This document shows positions 23,690 to 36,499 of a stretch of DNA of 64,000 nt, piece by piece (the first letter of the stretch is position 1; each line of letters starts with the position of its first letter). Both the position numbers and the translations under genes were made by a program. Under the pieces are notes generated by a model. That model was not told where the DNA came from. It did no database searches and saw nothing but the letters and a program-made list of their open reading frames with translations. Source of the DNA: Octopus sinensis (Eukaryota); NCBI RefSeq assembly GCF_006345805.1, contig NC_043005.1, positions 55,304,001-55,368,000 on the forward strand. Reading direction: 5' to 3'.

Positions 23690-24975
23690 TCAGGTCATCC
23701 CATAAGCTCTGTCCAATTTTACCTTTTTTTAAAATTGAATGAAATTTAATAGTATTTTAGAATGTCTAATGGAATCAAAAATTATTTTTATGCATTTGTG
23801 TACATTTAAACTAATTAAATATTATTTTACAGAATAATAGAATTAAAATTTCTTTGATTAACCCTTTCTAACATGGAAGTATCCAAAGAGCATTTAAGGC
23901 ACATAATGCTTTATGAGTACAAAAAAGAAACTCTGCAACCAAAGTGACTCGAAACATACACTCAGTTTATAGGAAAGAATGCTTGAATGAAAGAACTTGC
24001 AGAAGATGGTTTGCAAAATTCAGAAGTGGAGATTTCAGCCTTGAACATTAAGATTAAACAGGATGTCCAGTTGAGTTTGATGATAAGCTCCTTGAGGTAT
24101 TACTTGAAGAAAATCTTGCATTATCAGTTGAAGAATTGGCAATAAAGCTTAGTTCAAACCATACAACTGTACATCGTCATCTTCAACAACTTGGAAAGGT
24201 TCCTAAACTTGGAAAATGGGTGCCTCATGAATTGTCCGAAAACAACTGCAAATCCTGAGTTGACATCTGCTCTACTCTCCATTCTCATGAACTCATTTCA
24301 CCCTTTTTGGATAGACTTGTGACTGGTGATGAAAAATGGATCTTCTATCGAAATGTTAAATGTCGTAAACAGTGGTTTGGTAAAAGGGGAAAAGCTCAAC
24401 CAAAACCGAGAAGGGAACTTCATAGGAAAAAGGTTCTTCTCTCTATCTGGTGGGATTCCAAAGGAGTAATTCACTTTGAATTGTTACCACTTAATGCAAC
24501 AATCAGTGCTCAAGTCTACTGTCAGCAATTAGAGTGTTTGAACCAAGCTTTGAAGAAAAAAAGACCTGCATTAGTGAATTGAAAAGGAGTGCTGTTTCAT
24601 CAGGACAATGCATGACCCCACACTGCAAAGATCACATCACAGAAGATTGAAGAGTTTAGTTGGGAAAAAATTCCTCATCCACCTTATTCTCCTGACCTTG
24701 CTCCTTCAGACTACCATTTGTTTTGTAGTTTACAGAATCATTCAGAGGACATAACTTTTGCAAGCTAGGAGGAGGATGAAACTGACATTTCAGAGTTCTT
24801 CGCTTTGAAACCAAAAGAGTTTTACATTGATGGGATTAAAAAGCTTGTAAATACATGGAGGGAAGTCATAGATAATCAGGAAAAGTACACTGATGATTAA
24901 ATTTCAATTAAATATAACATTTGATCACTTGTTTTCTTTATCCCAAATTCAGACAGAAATTATGGGATGACCTGA
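23690..24975 (+). mobile_element. Full-length mariner DNA transposon (1286 bp)
   Basis: TA target duplication (23688-89, 24976-77). TIR TCAGGTCATCCCATAA(GC/TT)TCTGTC. Confidence 0.92.
23873..24900 (+). pseudogene. mariner transposase (DD34D), disrupted
   Basis: WVPHEL, VTGDEKWIFY, HQDNA*PH and HPPYSPDLAPSDYHLF. 34 residues between the second and third D. Contains stops and frameshifts. Confidence 0.92.
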
Positions 24976-25056
24976 TACAAAACACATAGACAAGCATACA
25001 CGTACACACACGCACACACACATACACACACACACAGTGGGCTTCTTTCAGTTTCC

Positions 25057-25285
25057 TATTTCTTTATTGCCCACAAGGGGCTAAACATAGAGAGGACAAA
25101 CAAGGACAGACAAAGGGATTAAGTCGATTACATCAACCCAGTGCGTAACTGGTACTTAATTTATTGACTCCGAAAGAATGAAAGGCAAAGTCGACCTCAG
25201 TGGAATTTGAACCCAGAACGTAGTGGCAGACAAAATACCACTAAGCATTTCACCTGGCATGCTAACGTTTCTGCCAGCTTGCCAC
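25057..25285 (-). mobile_element. SINE S2 inserted into an S1 copy with a 15-bp TSD
   Basis: cttctttcagtttcc at 25042-25056 and 25286-25300. The S1 head continues to ~25420. Confidence 0.85.
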
Positions 25286-26119
25286 CTTCTTTCAGTTTCC
25301 ATCTACCAAATCCAATCACAAGGCTTTGGTTTGCCCGAGGCTATTATAGAAAATACTTGCCCAAGGTGCCATGCAGTGGAACTGAACATGGAAACATGTG
25401 CTTGGGAAACTACTTCTTCTATAACCCAATTAAGTATTCCAGGTGTTAGTACCAGTACTGGTATAGCAAATAAACTGTCTTACAGCAAGAAAACTCCAAC
25501 AGTCATATTTCTTTAAAGCTTAGTAGAAAATTATTTGGTCATTCTGTTTTTGCTCACAGCATCTTTTCTATCATACATTTTTTGCAGTACTAAGGTATTT
25601 GTTGAACTAATTGTATATAACAAAGAGAGAAAAAAAGATTGTTAAAATAAATCTTAGTGGGTTGAGAAGCAAGTTTATGATGTCTATGTGATCAAATGAA
25701 TATGAACATTTCCTTTGGTTAAATTCCATCTTTGTATCAGCTGAAAATGTCATTACTGAATTCAGCTGTCTCCAGCACAGATCTTTAGAATCGCCACAAA
25801 GAAACTGTGGATTATAATGATTATATCTATGTTTCCTGCTGTTGTATGGATTCTAACAATAATCACTAGGTTGTGAAAAAAAAATTACAATAGATACAGT
25901 GCTAAGATAAGCACAGATGACAAGTGTGAAGATCATTGAGCAGATCTTTTTGTGTCTTTCAATAACAGCAACAAGAGGAGTGAATACTTTTGTTTAGTGT
26001 AGCCATTTCAGCCATCATGAGTGCAGATAAAAATTGAGCATCTTTCTGTAATAAAGTCTTGCTGTCATGGGATGATATCTTCAGTGTTTCCATGTGTATA
26101 TATTTATTTAGGGAGAGTT

Positions 26120-26295
26120 TACGAAAAAAACAAAAGACAAAGACAGGTGGTGTACAAAACAAACAGATGTATTAGTATAACACTCAGGAATAGAAAAAAG
26201 TCTTTCACGTTTCGAGCCTACGCTCTTCTACAGAAAGGGACACAGAAAAAAACAAGGAGAGAAAAATGTGTGTAGTGGCTAACGATCTATCATGG
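26120..26295 (-). mobile_element. HHR-like unit, family H2 (U6 core)
   Basis: Motif at 26202-26237: CUUU-CUGUAGA-A-GAGC(GUAG)GCUC-GAAA-CG-UG-AAAG. Confidence 0.65.
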
Positions 26296-28247
26296 TGACT
26301 AATTTATTTATGTGTACATAAGCAGGTATTTTTCATCTTTTCTTTTGCATTAGAATTCTTCCTAGAATGGAAGGGCTGGTTTCTAGCACAGTAACAAAGT
26401 TCCATCTCTAGAATTTGATTAACATTAATGGTAAGTGTTACATGCTGAACTTTAAAAAAGTCTTGCTTATTTTTCATGTTCCACTTGACAATTGTTTTTA
26501 TAAAGAGTGTATTAACTTGTCTTTTTTCTGAAAATCCTAGCTTATGTAGGTTGTCAGTTAAACATTTACTAACCAAGTACATTAATAATTCACTAACCAA
26601 GTAATTATTTGTATAAGTGTGAATTTATAATTAAGGTAGAGGTGCTGCAGGTTTTGGAAGAGTTATCCAATTCTGTTTTCCTTCATATCAATTTTGGAAG
26701 TGATATTATGAACATCTGCAAGGCTGCTGACATCAAAGACTGTTCATGAATTTTCTTTTTTGTACTGAAAAACTAAAAGTTTTGAAGGGCATGTTCCACC
26801 AATACTCCTCATGTTGATATGTATTCAACAACACTAGCATTGTCTATATTTATTCTGAAACAGTCTTTCCTGCAGAGGACATTGCATTGGGTTTGTAACT
26901 AAGTTCCCGCCATATTTTTAAATTCTGGAATTTATTTCATTTTTAAATTTTGGAATCTATAAGTACCAGTTACGCACTGGGGTCGATGTAATTGACTTAA
27001 TCCCTTTGTCTGTCCTTGTTTGTTCCCTCTATGTTTAACCCCCTGTGGGCAATAAAAAGATTAATATATGCATTCATGTAAGTATGACTGTAAGTTACTC
27101 TTGGAACAGATCTGTGCCTGAAATAAGAAATCTTTCCGGGTGTAGAAATCCACAATGAGCCATGTCCAAAGGGTTTAATATCCATACACACACACACATA
27201 CCTTTAGTGTTATGCTAAGAAGCGGTGATGCTACTAGAATTTTCACCTCAAGTCAAATACAACAGACTACTCTAGATCATTGTTAGAGTATCTGCATAAA
27301 TGGAGTCAACCCAACTACTTTGCTAGTTTGTACTGGTATTGAGTCATATTAATTATAATAAGGAACTCAGACTCAATAGTGATATTTTGAAACCATTTAT
27401 TATGCAGGTTTCAGGTTTGTGTAATATGTAATGGGAAATGCATCCATTACATAAACCTTTCTCAGTTAAAGCATTTCAAAATATTATGGACATACATATC
27501 TCTATGTATATGTATGTATATGTGCCTATAGTTATACATAAGATATGCATGTATTCATATGCATACAGTTGTATGTATGTGTATTTATATTGTGTGTATA
27601 TGTATGTTTTTGCATGTATTCATATGAGTCTGTATTTATACTCATGTGTATATATATACTTGTTTGTTTGTCTGTGTACTAATGTTTGTCTCCATGTGGT
27701 CTATATGTATATCAATGCATATAAGAGTATACAGTTGTGTGAATGTGATTGTGTATCTTTTAGTATATTAATACTTATGTGCCTGTGCTTCTATGTAAAT
27801 ATTAGTGTTGTTTTGGTTTCTCTACAATTCATTGAGACAGAAATTACTCTGAGGTGTGGTTAGAAAATGTGATTAAAATGTGTGTTGTCTTTTGACCTTT
27901 TAACCCTATTTAAAAATTATTATTGTTCAATACTATATCTAGGTTTAATCTTTATACCTCCAGCTGTCTCTTCCCTCTTGAATTCATTTATATTACTTTT
28001 TTATACATACTTTTATACACTTTTTAAAACTATTTTTTTACCATAATTACTTTATTTCCTCTTCTTAACCCTTCCTGTTTTTTGTTTTGTTTTGTTAGCA
28101 TTAAGGATGGTCAATTCCCCAAGCTAGATCCAGCACCTTGATTAATATGAAACAATACATCTCTATTTTGCTGAGCATCTCAAGATAATTCTATCTAGCC
28201 TTGGTCTTGCATACATCCTGTATAAATTTATATGTGTGTGTATATAT

Positions 28248-28580
28248 ACTCTTTTACTTGTTTCAGTCATTTGACTGTGGCCATGCTGGAGCACCGCCTT
28301 TAGTCGAGCAAATCGACCCCGGGACTTATTCTTTGTAAGCCCAGTACTTATTCTATCGGTCTCTTTTGCTGGACCGCTAGGTGACGGGGACGTAAACACA
28401 CCAGCATCGGTTGTCAAGCAATGTTAGAGGGACAAACACAGACACACAAACATATACATACATATACATACATATATATACATATATACGACAGGCTTCT
28501 TTCAGTTTCCGTCTACCAAATCCACTCACAAGGCATTGGTCAGCCCGAGGCTATAGCAGAAGACACTTGCCCAAGATGCC
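28248..28580 (-). mobile_element. SINE S1, young copy, abutting an opposite-strand S1 (28575-28830)
   Basis: Near-identical to 34891-35234. Confidence 0.85.
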
Positions 28581-28691
28581 ACGGTAAAGAGCTTGCTTCT
28601 CAACCACATGGTTCTGGGTTAAGTCCCACATCATGCATAAACCAAAGCCTTGTGAGTGGATTTGGTAGATGGAAACTGGAAGAAGCCTACC

Positions 28692-28761
<70 letters not shown>

Positions 28762-29295
28762 TTGTGTGTCTGTGTTTGTACTCCCACCATCACTTGCCAA
28801 CAGATGTTGGTGTATTTGCATCCTTGTAACTTAGTTACATTTTGATGCATATAGGTTCATTTTTGATAACATACTCATGCATTATTTTTTAAAAAAAGTA
28901 AGAAGAAAAAGAAACTGCACGTATAATATATAACTTAGAAGCAGTGCTGCAGATGTACCAACACACACGAGCTTGAGACATGGCTGCTGTCATGCACTTC
29001 TCATGAGTATTCTGGAAGGAGCTTCATGAGACCACTGCAGAGATTCTTTTGGGGAAAAAAAAAATTTCGCTAACCATTGAGAAACCGATTGTAGCAGTGA
29101 CTCGAACAATTCTTAGTGATATCTGAAGAAGGAAATTTTGTATTCCAAAATATTATTATTATATAAGTCTATGGATAATTCAATCATAACAGTTATTATA
29201 GTCCATTGTTGTTATTATAGTGCATTGTTGTGCCATTCAAGACACAATATATTTTACAAACAATACACAATGCTTCAAGTGAACTACAATACTCT

Positions 29296-29343
<48 letters not shown>

Positions 29344-29394
29344 AGATAGATAGATAGATAGATAGACAGATAGATAGCTATGCAATAAATGTGT

Positions 29395-29590
29395 CTTTAT
29401 GTCTGTGTTTGTCCCACTACCATCACTTGAGAACTGGTGTTGGTGTGATTATGTCCCTGTAACTTGGCAGTTAAGCAAAAGGAACTTATAGAATAAGTAT
29501 TAGGCTTTAAAAAGATGAGTCCTGAGTTTGATTTGTTCAACTCAACCACAGCATGGCCACAATCAAATGACTGAAACAAGTAAAAGAAGG
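29395..29590 (-). mobile_element. SINE S1 3' half, diverged
   Basis: Reverse-complement match. Confidence 0.6.
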
Positions 29591-29849
29591 AAAGAGTAAA
29601 AGAATATGTATATTTGCATGTAATATAGGCATGTTGGTGTGTGTGTGTGTGTGTGTGTATGCATGCAAAGAGCCTATTTTAAAAAATATTTTAAGCAGCA
29701 AGAACCAAATCTGTTCTGATTGTCACTATAACAAACCATTTGCAGCTTGGCTTAAGCTGATTTCTAGACATTCACGACCTCTCATTCTCCCTCTGTCTGT
29801 CCCAGTCTCTCTCTCTCTCCCCTGTTCTCTCTACCTCTATCTCTGTGTG

Positions 29850-29880
<31 letters not shown>

Positions 29881-29882
29881 CC

Positions 29883-29913
<31 letters not shown>

Positions 29914-29915
29914 AA

Positions 29916-30148
29916 GGGAGAGCTGGCAGAATCATTAGCACACCGGGTGAAATGCTTAGCAGTATTTCGTTTGCATTCTAAGTTCATTCTAAGTTCAAAT
30001 TCCACCAAGGTCAACTTTGCTTTCATCCTTTTGGGGTCAATTAAATAAGTACCAGTTATGCACTGGGGTCGATGTAATCGACTTAATCCCTTTGTCTGTT
30101 CTTGTTTGTCCCCTCTGTGTTTAGCCCCCTGTGGGCAATAAAGAAATA
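29916..30148 (+). mobile_element. SINE S2, full length
   Basis: gagctggcagaatc..gtaccagttatgcactggggtcgatgtaatcgacttaatccc..caataaagaaata. Confidence 0.85.
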
Positions 30149-30169
30149 TACATACATATATATCATCAT

Positions 30170-30410
30170 CATCATTTAACGTCCATTTTCCATGGGGTCT
30201 GGGAAGCCAGGAGGCTGCACCAGGCTCCAGTCTAATTTGGCAGTGTTTCTGCAGCTGGGTGCCCTTCCTAATGCCAACAACTCCGTGAGTGTAGTGGGTG
30301 CTTTTTTACGTGCCACCAGTACGGAAGCCAGTCATGGCAGCACTGGCATCGGCCATGTTCAGAAAGTACTTTTTACATGCCACTGGCACAGGTATCATGA
30401 CTACAATTTC
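30170..30410 (-). mobile_element. Family S4 (RTE tail)
   Basis: catcatcatttaacgtcc..gcccttcctaatgccaac..ggtgcttttttacgtgccacc. Confidence 0.8.
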
Positions 30411-30418
30411 CATTTGAT

Positions 30419-30454
<36 letters not shown>

Positions 30455-30660
30455 TATTTATTCTTTTACTTGTTTCAGTCATTTGATTCTGGCCATGTTG
30501 GAGCACCGTCTTTAGTCGAGTAAACCGACCCCAGGAGTTATTCTTTGTAAGCCTAGTACTTATTCGATCGTTCTCTTTTGCTGAACTGCTAGGTTATGGG
30601 AACGTAAACACATCACCACCGGTTGTCAAGTGATGTTGGGGGACTAACACAGACACACAA
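30455..30660 (-). mobile_element. SINE S1 3' half
   Basis: Reverse-complement match. Confidence 0.8.
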
Positions 30661-30681
30661 ACACATACACACACATACCTA

Positions 30682-30723
<42 letters not shown>

Positions 30724-31469
30724 TTTTCAGTTTCCCCATTCCATTTCTTTTTACATTAGCCACAGTTTCACCTTAACAATGATACTTTGTTGGGGGCATA
30801 AAATCGTAAATCCATGCATGTATGATGTTTTCAGTTAGAAATATTTTTGGAAAAACAGTCGTATGTGGGACATGTTGCACTTTTGAAAAATGATGAAACG
30901 TTGTACTACACTTTGATAATTTTCATCTGAAGCAGCTGCAAATACAATAGTTTGCCCAAAAGAACCAACTATTGCAAGCAAAATTTACTAATGGAAAAAA
31001 GTACATTTGGCCCGAATTTGGACATATGATAGTTTAACATAATAGCAGCAATGTGTGTTGTGTGTGTGTGTGTGTGAAGAGGGAGAGAGAGAGAGAGAGA
31101 GAGAAACTAAATAAGCCATTGAACAATTGAAGAATGTTAGCTATCATATCTACAACTGGCCAGTACTATTCAACCCAACTCAAGTCAGTCTTTTGTGTTA
31201 TATTCCCTCAATAAATATTCTATTGAGTAATTATCTGTCTTGTCATTCATTTATATCAACATCATCATCATCATCAACTCAAAATTTCTTTTATATATGT
31301 GTATATATATATAATATATATATATATATTATATATAATATATATATATATAATATATATATATATTTATTTATATATATATTTATTTATATGTTTATGT
31401 AAGTATATATATATATTTATGTAAGTATAAATATATTATGTGTGTATATATATATATTATGTATGTATG

Positions 31470-31512
<43 letters not shown>

Positions 31513-31726
31513 GTAAGTATGTATATGTGTGTATATTTGTATTTATGTAAGTATGTATGTGTGTGTGTATATATATGTATATATGCACACCACACACACA
31601 CATATATCACTTCTACATTTTAATTATTATAAATCATTCCCTGAAGAGGAAGCCAGTTTCCAACAATGTATGTATGTATGTATGTATGTATGTATGTATG
31701 TATGTATGTATGCATGTATGTATGTA

Positions 31727-31765
<39 letters not shown>

Positions 31766-31809
31766 TCATCATCATCGTTTAACGTCCACTTCCCATGCTG
31801 GCATGGTTT

Positions 31810-31852
<43 letters not shown>

Positions 31853-31859
31853 GATATAA

Positions 31860-32066
31860 ATGTGACCTCGTGTGTACCATTGGCGATTTTTTTTCCTCTG
31901 TCTTCCCTTCTCTGGATCTTTCCTTCTCCTATGTTTCCGACGAAGAGCTTCACTCGAAACGTTAAACCCTCCTTCTTTCCTTCTTTCCTGAGCATCCAAT
32001 AATACTATATTTGTTCCACGTCCTCGCGTTGTTGTGTTCTTTTGTGCTTTCTTGTTTGGATTAACT
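31860..32066 (+). mobile_element. ~205-bp HHR-carrying unit, family H1
   Basis: Homologue of 871-1080. Motif at 31933-31967: GUUU-CCGACGA-A-GAGC(UUC)ACUC-GAAA-CG-UU-AAAC. Confidence 0.7.
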
Positions 32067-32415
32067 TTATATATATATATATATACGTGTGTGTGAGTAT
32101 ATGTAGTGAAGGTGCATGTTTTAGTGGTTGTTGTGTTGGACTCATGCTTGTTAGATCATGATTTCAATTCTGAGACTAAAGGCAGTGCTCCAGCATGTCC
32201 ACGGTCAAATGACTGAAATAAGTAAAAGAGTATTTTTTAACTGACAGAAAGTTACAGAAGTGACACAAGGACTGAAAGTTTTATGTATTACACACACACA
32301 TACATACACACATAATAAGAAATGCATCCCTTTCTACAAACCCTTCTTCAGTTAATGCACTTCAAAATATTTTGAAATCTATGAATTAAAGAAGGTCTTG
32401 CATAAAGCGATGCAT

Positions 32416-32455
<40 letters not shown>

Positions 32456-32489
32456 ACAACATCATCATCAACATCATCATCATCATCAT

Positions 32490-32720
32490 CATTTAACATC
32501 CGTTTTCCATGTTGGCACAGGTTGGATGGTTTGACATGGAGCTGCTCAGACTCCTACTGTCTGTTTTAGGCATGGTTTCTAAGGCTGGATGCCCTTCCTA
32601 ATGCCAACCACTTAGGAGAATGTGCTGGGTGCTTTTTACATGACACCATCATGGGTGTGTTTATGCAGCAACCAGCATGCATGCATTAATGCAGCACTGG
32701 CTCAGGTGCTTTTTAAAGTG
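32490..32720 (-). mobile_element. Family S4 with long (CAT)n tail
   Basis: atttaacatccgttttccatg..ggatgcccttcctaatgccaacc. Confidence 0.8.
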
Positions 32721-33009
32721 GCACCAGTGCCTGAAAGGACAAACCTGTATGTGTGGACAACAGTGATTTTACTAAACTTGATGTATCTGAAACATAAGTA
32801 GTAAATGCTTTCAAAATATTATTTTGCTTCACTTCATTATTACAAATCATATGATTTGATCTGAGCACAAACCAATCCGTTCTGATGCCATTTATGCTAA
32901 TTCTCTTACAAGGATTGGGAATAGTTTGTAGAGTTTGGGTCAAGCTGAAAATTCTATTATGATGTGACTGAATTCCTATCGAGCATTGGGCCTCACGGAG
33001 GCAAAGTGG

Positions 33010-33342
33010 CTGAATTCCTTTTGAGTGTTGGGCCTCATGGAGGCAACGACCAAGACCTTCAGCATTATTTCGTGCTTGAGAAGAAGACCCATCAAGACAA
33101 GTAAAATTGCAGTTGTGACAGATACTGGTGTCACGTAATTGGCACCTGTGCTGGTGGCACGTAAAAGCACCCTTTACACTCTCAAAGTGGTTGGTGTTAG
33201 GAAGGGCATCCAGCCATAGAAAACGATGCCAAATCAGAATGGAGTCTGGTGCAGCCTTCCAGTGTGCCAGCCCAGTCAAACTGTCCAACCCATGCAAGCA
33301 TGGACAACTGACATTAAATGATGATGATGATGATGATGATGA
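33010..33342 (+). mobile_element. Family S4, longer copy with (GAT)n tail
   Basis: gtggcacgtaaaagcacc..ttaggaagggcatccagcc..cccatgcaagcatgga..ttaaatgatgatgat. Confidence 0.85.
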
Positions 33343-33610
33343 TATATATATATATATACATACATATATATATATATACACCAGTGTGTGAGTGTATGTG
33401 TATTACACACACATACATATACATATAGACATGTGTATGATTTGTTATTATATATATATATATATCAAATTAAATACACATCTGCAAGATCAACTAATGA
33501 TTTCATGCTATTATGATACTAGAACAGGCATATTTATAAATATGGCATGTATCTTAAGGCAATCTTTCAGGATCTACTTATGCACCCCTCCACTCCACAC
33601 ACACACACAT

Positions 33611-33950
33611 AGGCATGGCTATGTGGTAAAAAGCTTGCTTCCCAACCACATGGTTCTGGGCTCAGTTCAACTCCATGGCCCACTGGGTGTCTTCTACTGT
33701 AGCTGTAGGCTGACCAAAGCCTTGAGCTGGCAGAATCGTTAGCACACCAGGCGAAATGCTTAGCGGTATTTACGGTCTGAGTTCAAATTCCGCCGAGGTC
33801 GACTTTGCCTTTCATCATTTTGGGGGTCGATTAAATAAGTACTAGTTATGCACTGGGGTCGATATAATCGACTTAATCCGTTTGTCTGTCCTTGTTTGTC
33901 CTCTCTGTTTAGCCCCTTGTAGGTAGTAAAGAAATAGGATTTGGTAGATG
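33611..33950 (+). mobile_element. S1 head interrupted by an S2 copy (33724-33934)
   Basis: S1 breaks at gaccaaagccttg and resumes as ggatttggtagatg after the S2 tail. Confidence 0.8.
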
Positions 33951-34784
33951 TTAACTGTGTGTGTGTGCTCATGTGTATATGTGTGTGTATGTGTGTGTTT
34001 TTGTGTATGTGTCTGTGTGTGTTTGTGTGTGTGTGTATTTGTGTTTGTGATAAATGTTTAACTGTATGTAGTTATTCAGTAAGACTATTGAAGATATTCC
34101 AGGAGTTGTGGTAGACACTGACATAACACTGTAGTTCATCAAATGATGAAGTCTAAAACTACTCCATTGTATCTACATCACTGAATGTTCTGACCTGTAA
34201 AACCATATTAAAGTTTAATTATGGTCATTCCAATTAATAAGAATAACATGTTGATTTGGTTACAATTTTGTACAGCACCACCATCACCGCAGCATTTTAC
34301 CAATTATTACTGCAGTAACAGATCAATAAATTCTACTGTGTCTTTCACTTGGTTTCACAGACACATTCATCTGTCTTGTCAAAGGTTACAGATAGCATTA
34401 TTAGTTTTCGTTAATAAGAACTTAAATACTAGTTTTAATTAATAAATAAAAGTACTGAAATCTTATATGAATACATGACACCCAAAATTATGGTCTTAAT
34501 TTATAGAAAATGTATAATAAAATCTAAAATAATTTTCTGGGAGTTTAGAACTTTTGTTCTGCTTTGTAATTCAGAAAACTTTAAAATTCCTGAAATATGT
34601 AAGATATACATGACCTGATTTGAGACAGGAAAGAATTGCAGGCCTATTTATGGAACTCAGACCTTGCATTAATGCTAGCCAGGCAACATCATTACTGATT
34701 GATTATTGAACAGATTACTTGTTCTTCCACATTCTCAAATTCTCAGTAGAAAACATTACTAGGACAATATTCTGCATTTTATGC

Positions 34785-34860
34785 AATGACATCTGGAGTC
34801 CTGCAAAGATCTGTTCTTGATACCCTGTTGTTTGTTGCATATTTTAGCAAAGTAGATGCA
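34785..34860 (+). pseudogene. Decayed CR1/L2-like RT fragment
   Basis: TSGVLQRSVLDTLLFVAYFSKVD resembles the SGVPQGSVLGPLLF..Y..D motif. Confidence 0.45.
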
Positions 34861-34890
34861 AGCCTGATACATGTTACTGTGTTAAAATAT

Positions 34891-35087
34891 TACTCTTTTA
34901 CTTGTTTCAGTCATTTGACTGTAGCCATGCTGGAGCACCACCTTTAGTCGAGCAACTCGACCCTGGGACTTATTCTTTGTAAGCCCAGTACTTATTCTAT
35001 CGGTCTCTTTTGCCGAACCACTAAATCACGGGGACATAAACACACCAGCATCGGTTGTCGACAAACACTGACACACAAACATACACG

Positions 35088-35127
<40 letters not shown>

Positions 35128-35234
35128 CATATATACGACGGGCTTCTTTCAGTTTCCGTCTACCAAATCCACTCACAAGGCTTTGATCGGCCTGAGGCTA
35201 TCGTAGAAGACACTTGCCCAAGGTGCCACACAGT
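34891..35234 (-). mobile_element. SINE S1, young copy
   Basis: Near-identical to 28248-28580. Confidence 0.85.
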
Positions 35235-35264
35235 AGACAATATTAAGTTGGTACCTTGAGATAA

Positions 35265-36240
35265 AAAAAAAAACAAATCTTATATTCTGTATATTTTCTG
35301 AGCTTATCAAATTCTTTTGCCGAGATATTATAGTCACAGGGTATGCTTATGTCAATCAATTAACAGACCTTATTGCTTTTGTCTTTCACAACAATATCTG
35401 GTTTATTTGCCTTGATGGTTTGATCTGTACATACTGGGAAGTCCCAAAGAACAGTCACATTTTCACCCTCAGTTACAGCCTCAGTGTGGTGCTTGTATCA
35501 TTTGTCAACAGATTTGGTTTTATAATGCCAATGCATTATCCAATGTAAATATTGGCCAATTCTGTCATGTCTTGATTTGTACTCTACATGTGTTAAAACA
35601 TCCAGAGGTGGTCGTCTCTTTTTATCCCATTGTTGCAGTATCAGCACTTTGGGTCTACACCATTTTTCATCACATTGGCTTGATAGTTCCGGGTCAATAA
35701 ACTCTGATCTTAGGCAACCAAAATAGAACCTTCCCTCTCTGAGCTCCCTAGCCACTGGTGGGTGTGCTTCTGGTCTACATCAGCTTGTTTGCTACAGGCC
35801 ACATATTTGCCATGCAGAGTATTTTTGTTCCCACCTATCAGCCAATTGTTCAAGTGCATTTTGCTTTGCTATTGATTTCACCTTCTTTGCAGCTACAGTT
35901 GCTGCACTTCCCTCATTCTGTTCAACCTGGGTATTATGCATAAACTCGAAAATATTTTGCTCTCCTTCACAACAGAATGAAGCTTCTTATGTCTTTCATG
36001 GTTTTCAATGAGCTCTAGCATCCAGTCATTAGTGGTTTCAAGATATTTTGCCAATCCAATTGTGATGGTTTTGTACAAGATTTCAAATTGGATCAAGCCT
36101 CAATCTCCATGAGCTCAGGGTAGGAAAAGACAATCTGCATCTGCCTTTGGGTGGTGCATCTTATTGCAAAGTCAGCAGCTTACAGATTTTCCTGTCAATC
36201 TTCCTTATTTCGCTCATATTGCAGTTCAACACCATTGAAA
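35265..36240 (-). pseudogene. Non-LTR retrotransposon ORF 3' part with restriction-like (PD-(D/E)xK) endonuclease
   Basis: GLIQFE..; EYKSRHDRIGQYLHW; VLWDFPVCTDQTIKANKPDIVVKDK..LIDISIP..KEFDKLRKY. Multiple stops and frameshifts. Confidence 0.8.
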
Positions 36241-36295
36241 CTGTAAATAACAACAGGAACTGCTAAGGAATTTATAGCTAACACCTTGTTATTAT

Positions 36296-36326
<31 letters not shown>

Positions 36327-36328
36327 AA

Positions 36329-36490
36329 GGCAGTGAGCTGGCAGAATTGTAAGTATGCTGGACAAAATGCTAAACGGTATTTTGTCTGTAGCTACATTCT
36401 GAGTTCAAATTCCACCAAGATTGACCTTTGCCTTTCATCCTTTTGGGATCTCCATCCAACAAATTTCAGACCTTGTGCCTATAGTAGAAT
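36329..36490 (+). mobile_element. SINE S2, diverged
   Basis: gagctggcagaattg..ctgagttcaaattccacc. Confidence 0.7.
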
Positions 36491-36499
36491 GGCTTATCA

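Noticed and set aside
26354-26430. Plus-strand exon-like segment with strong acceptor and GTAAGT donor
   Set aside because: All three frames contain stops. It could be non-coding but nothing supports that.
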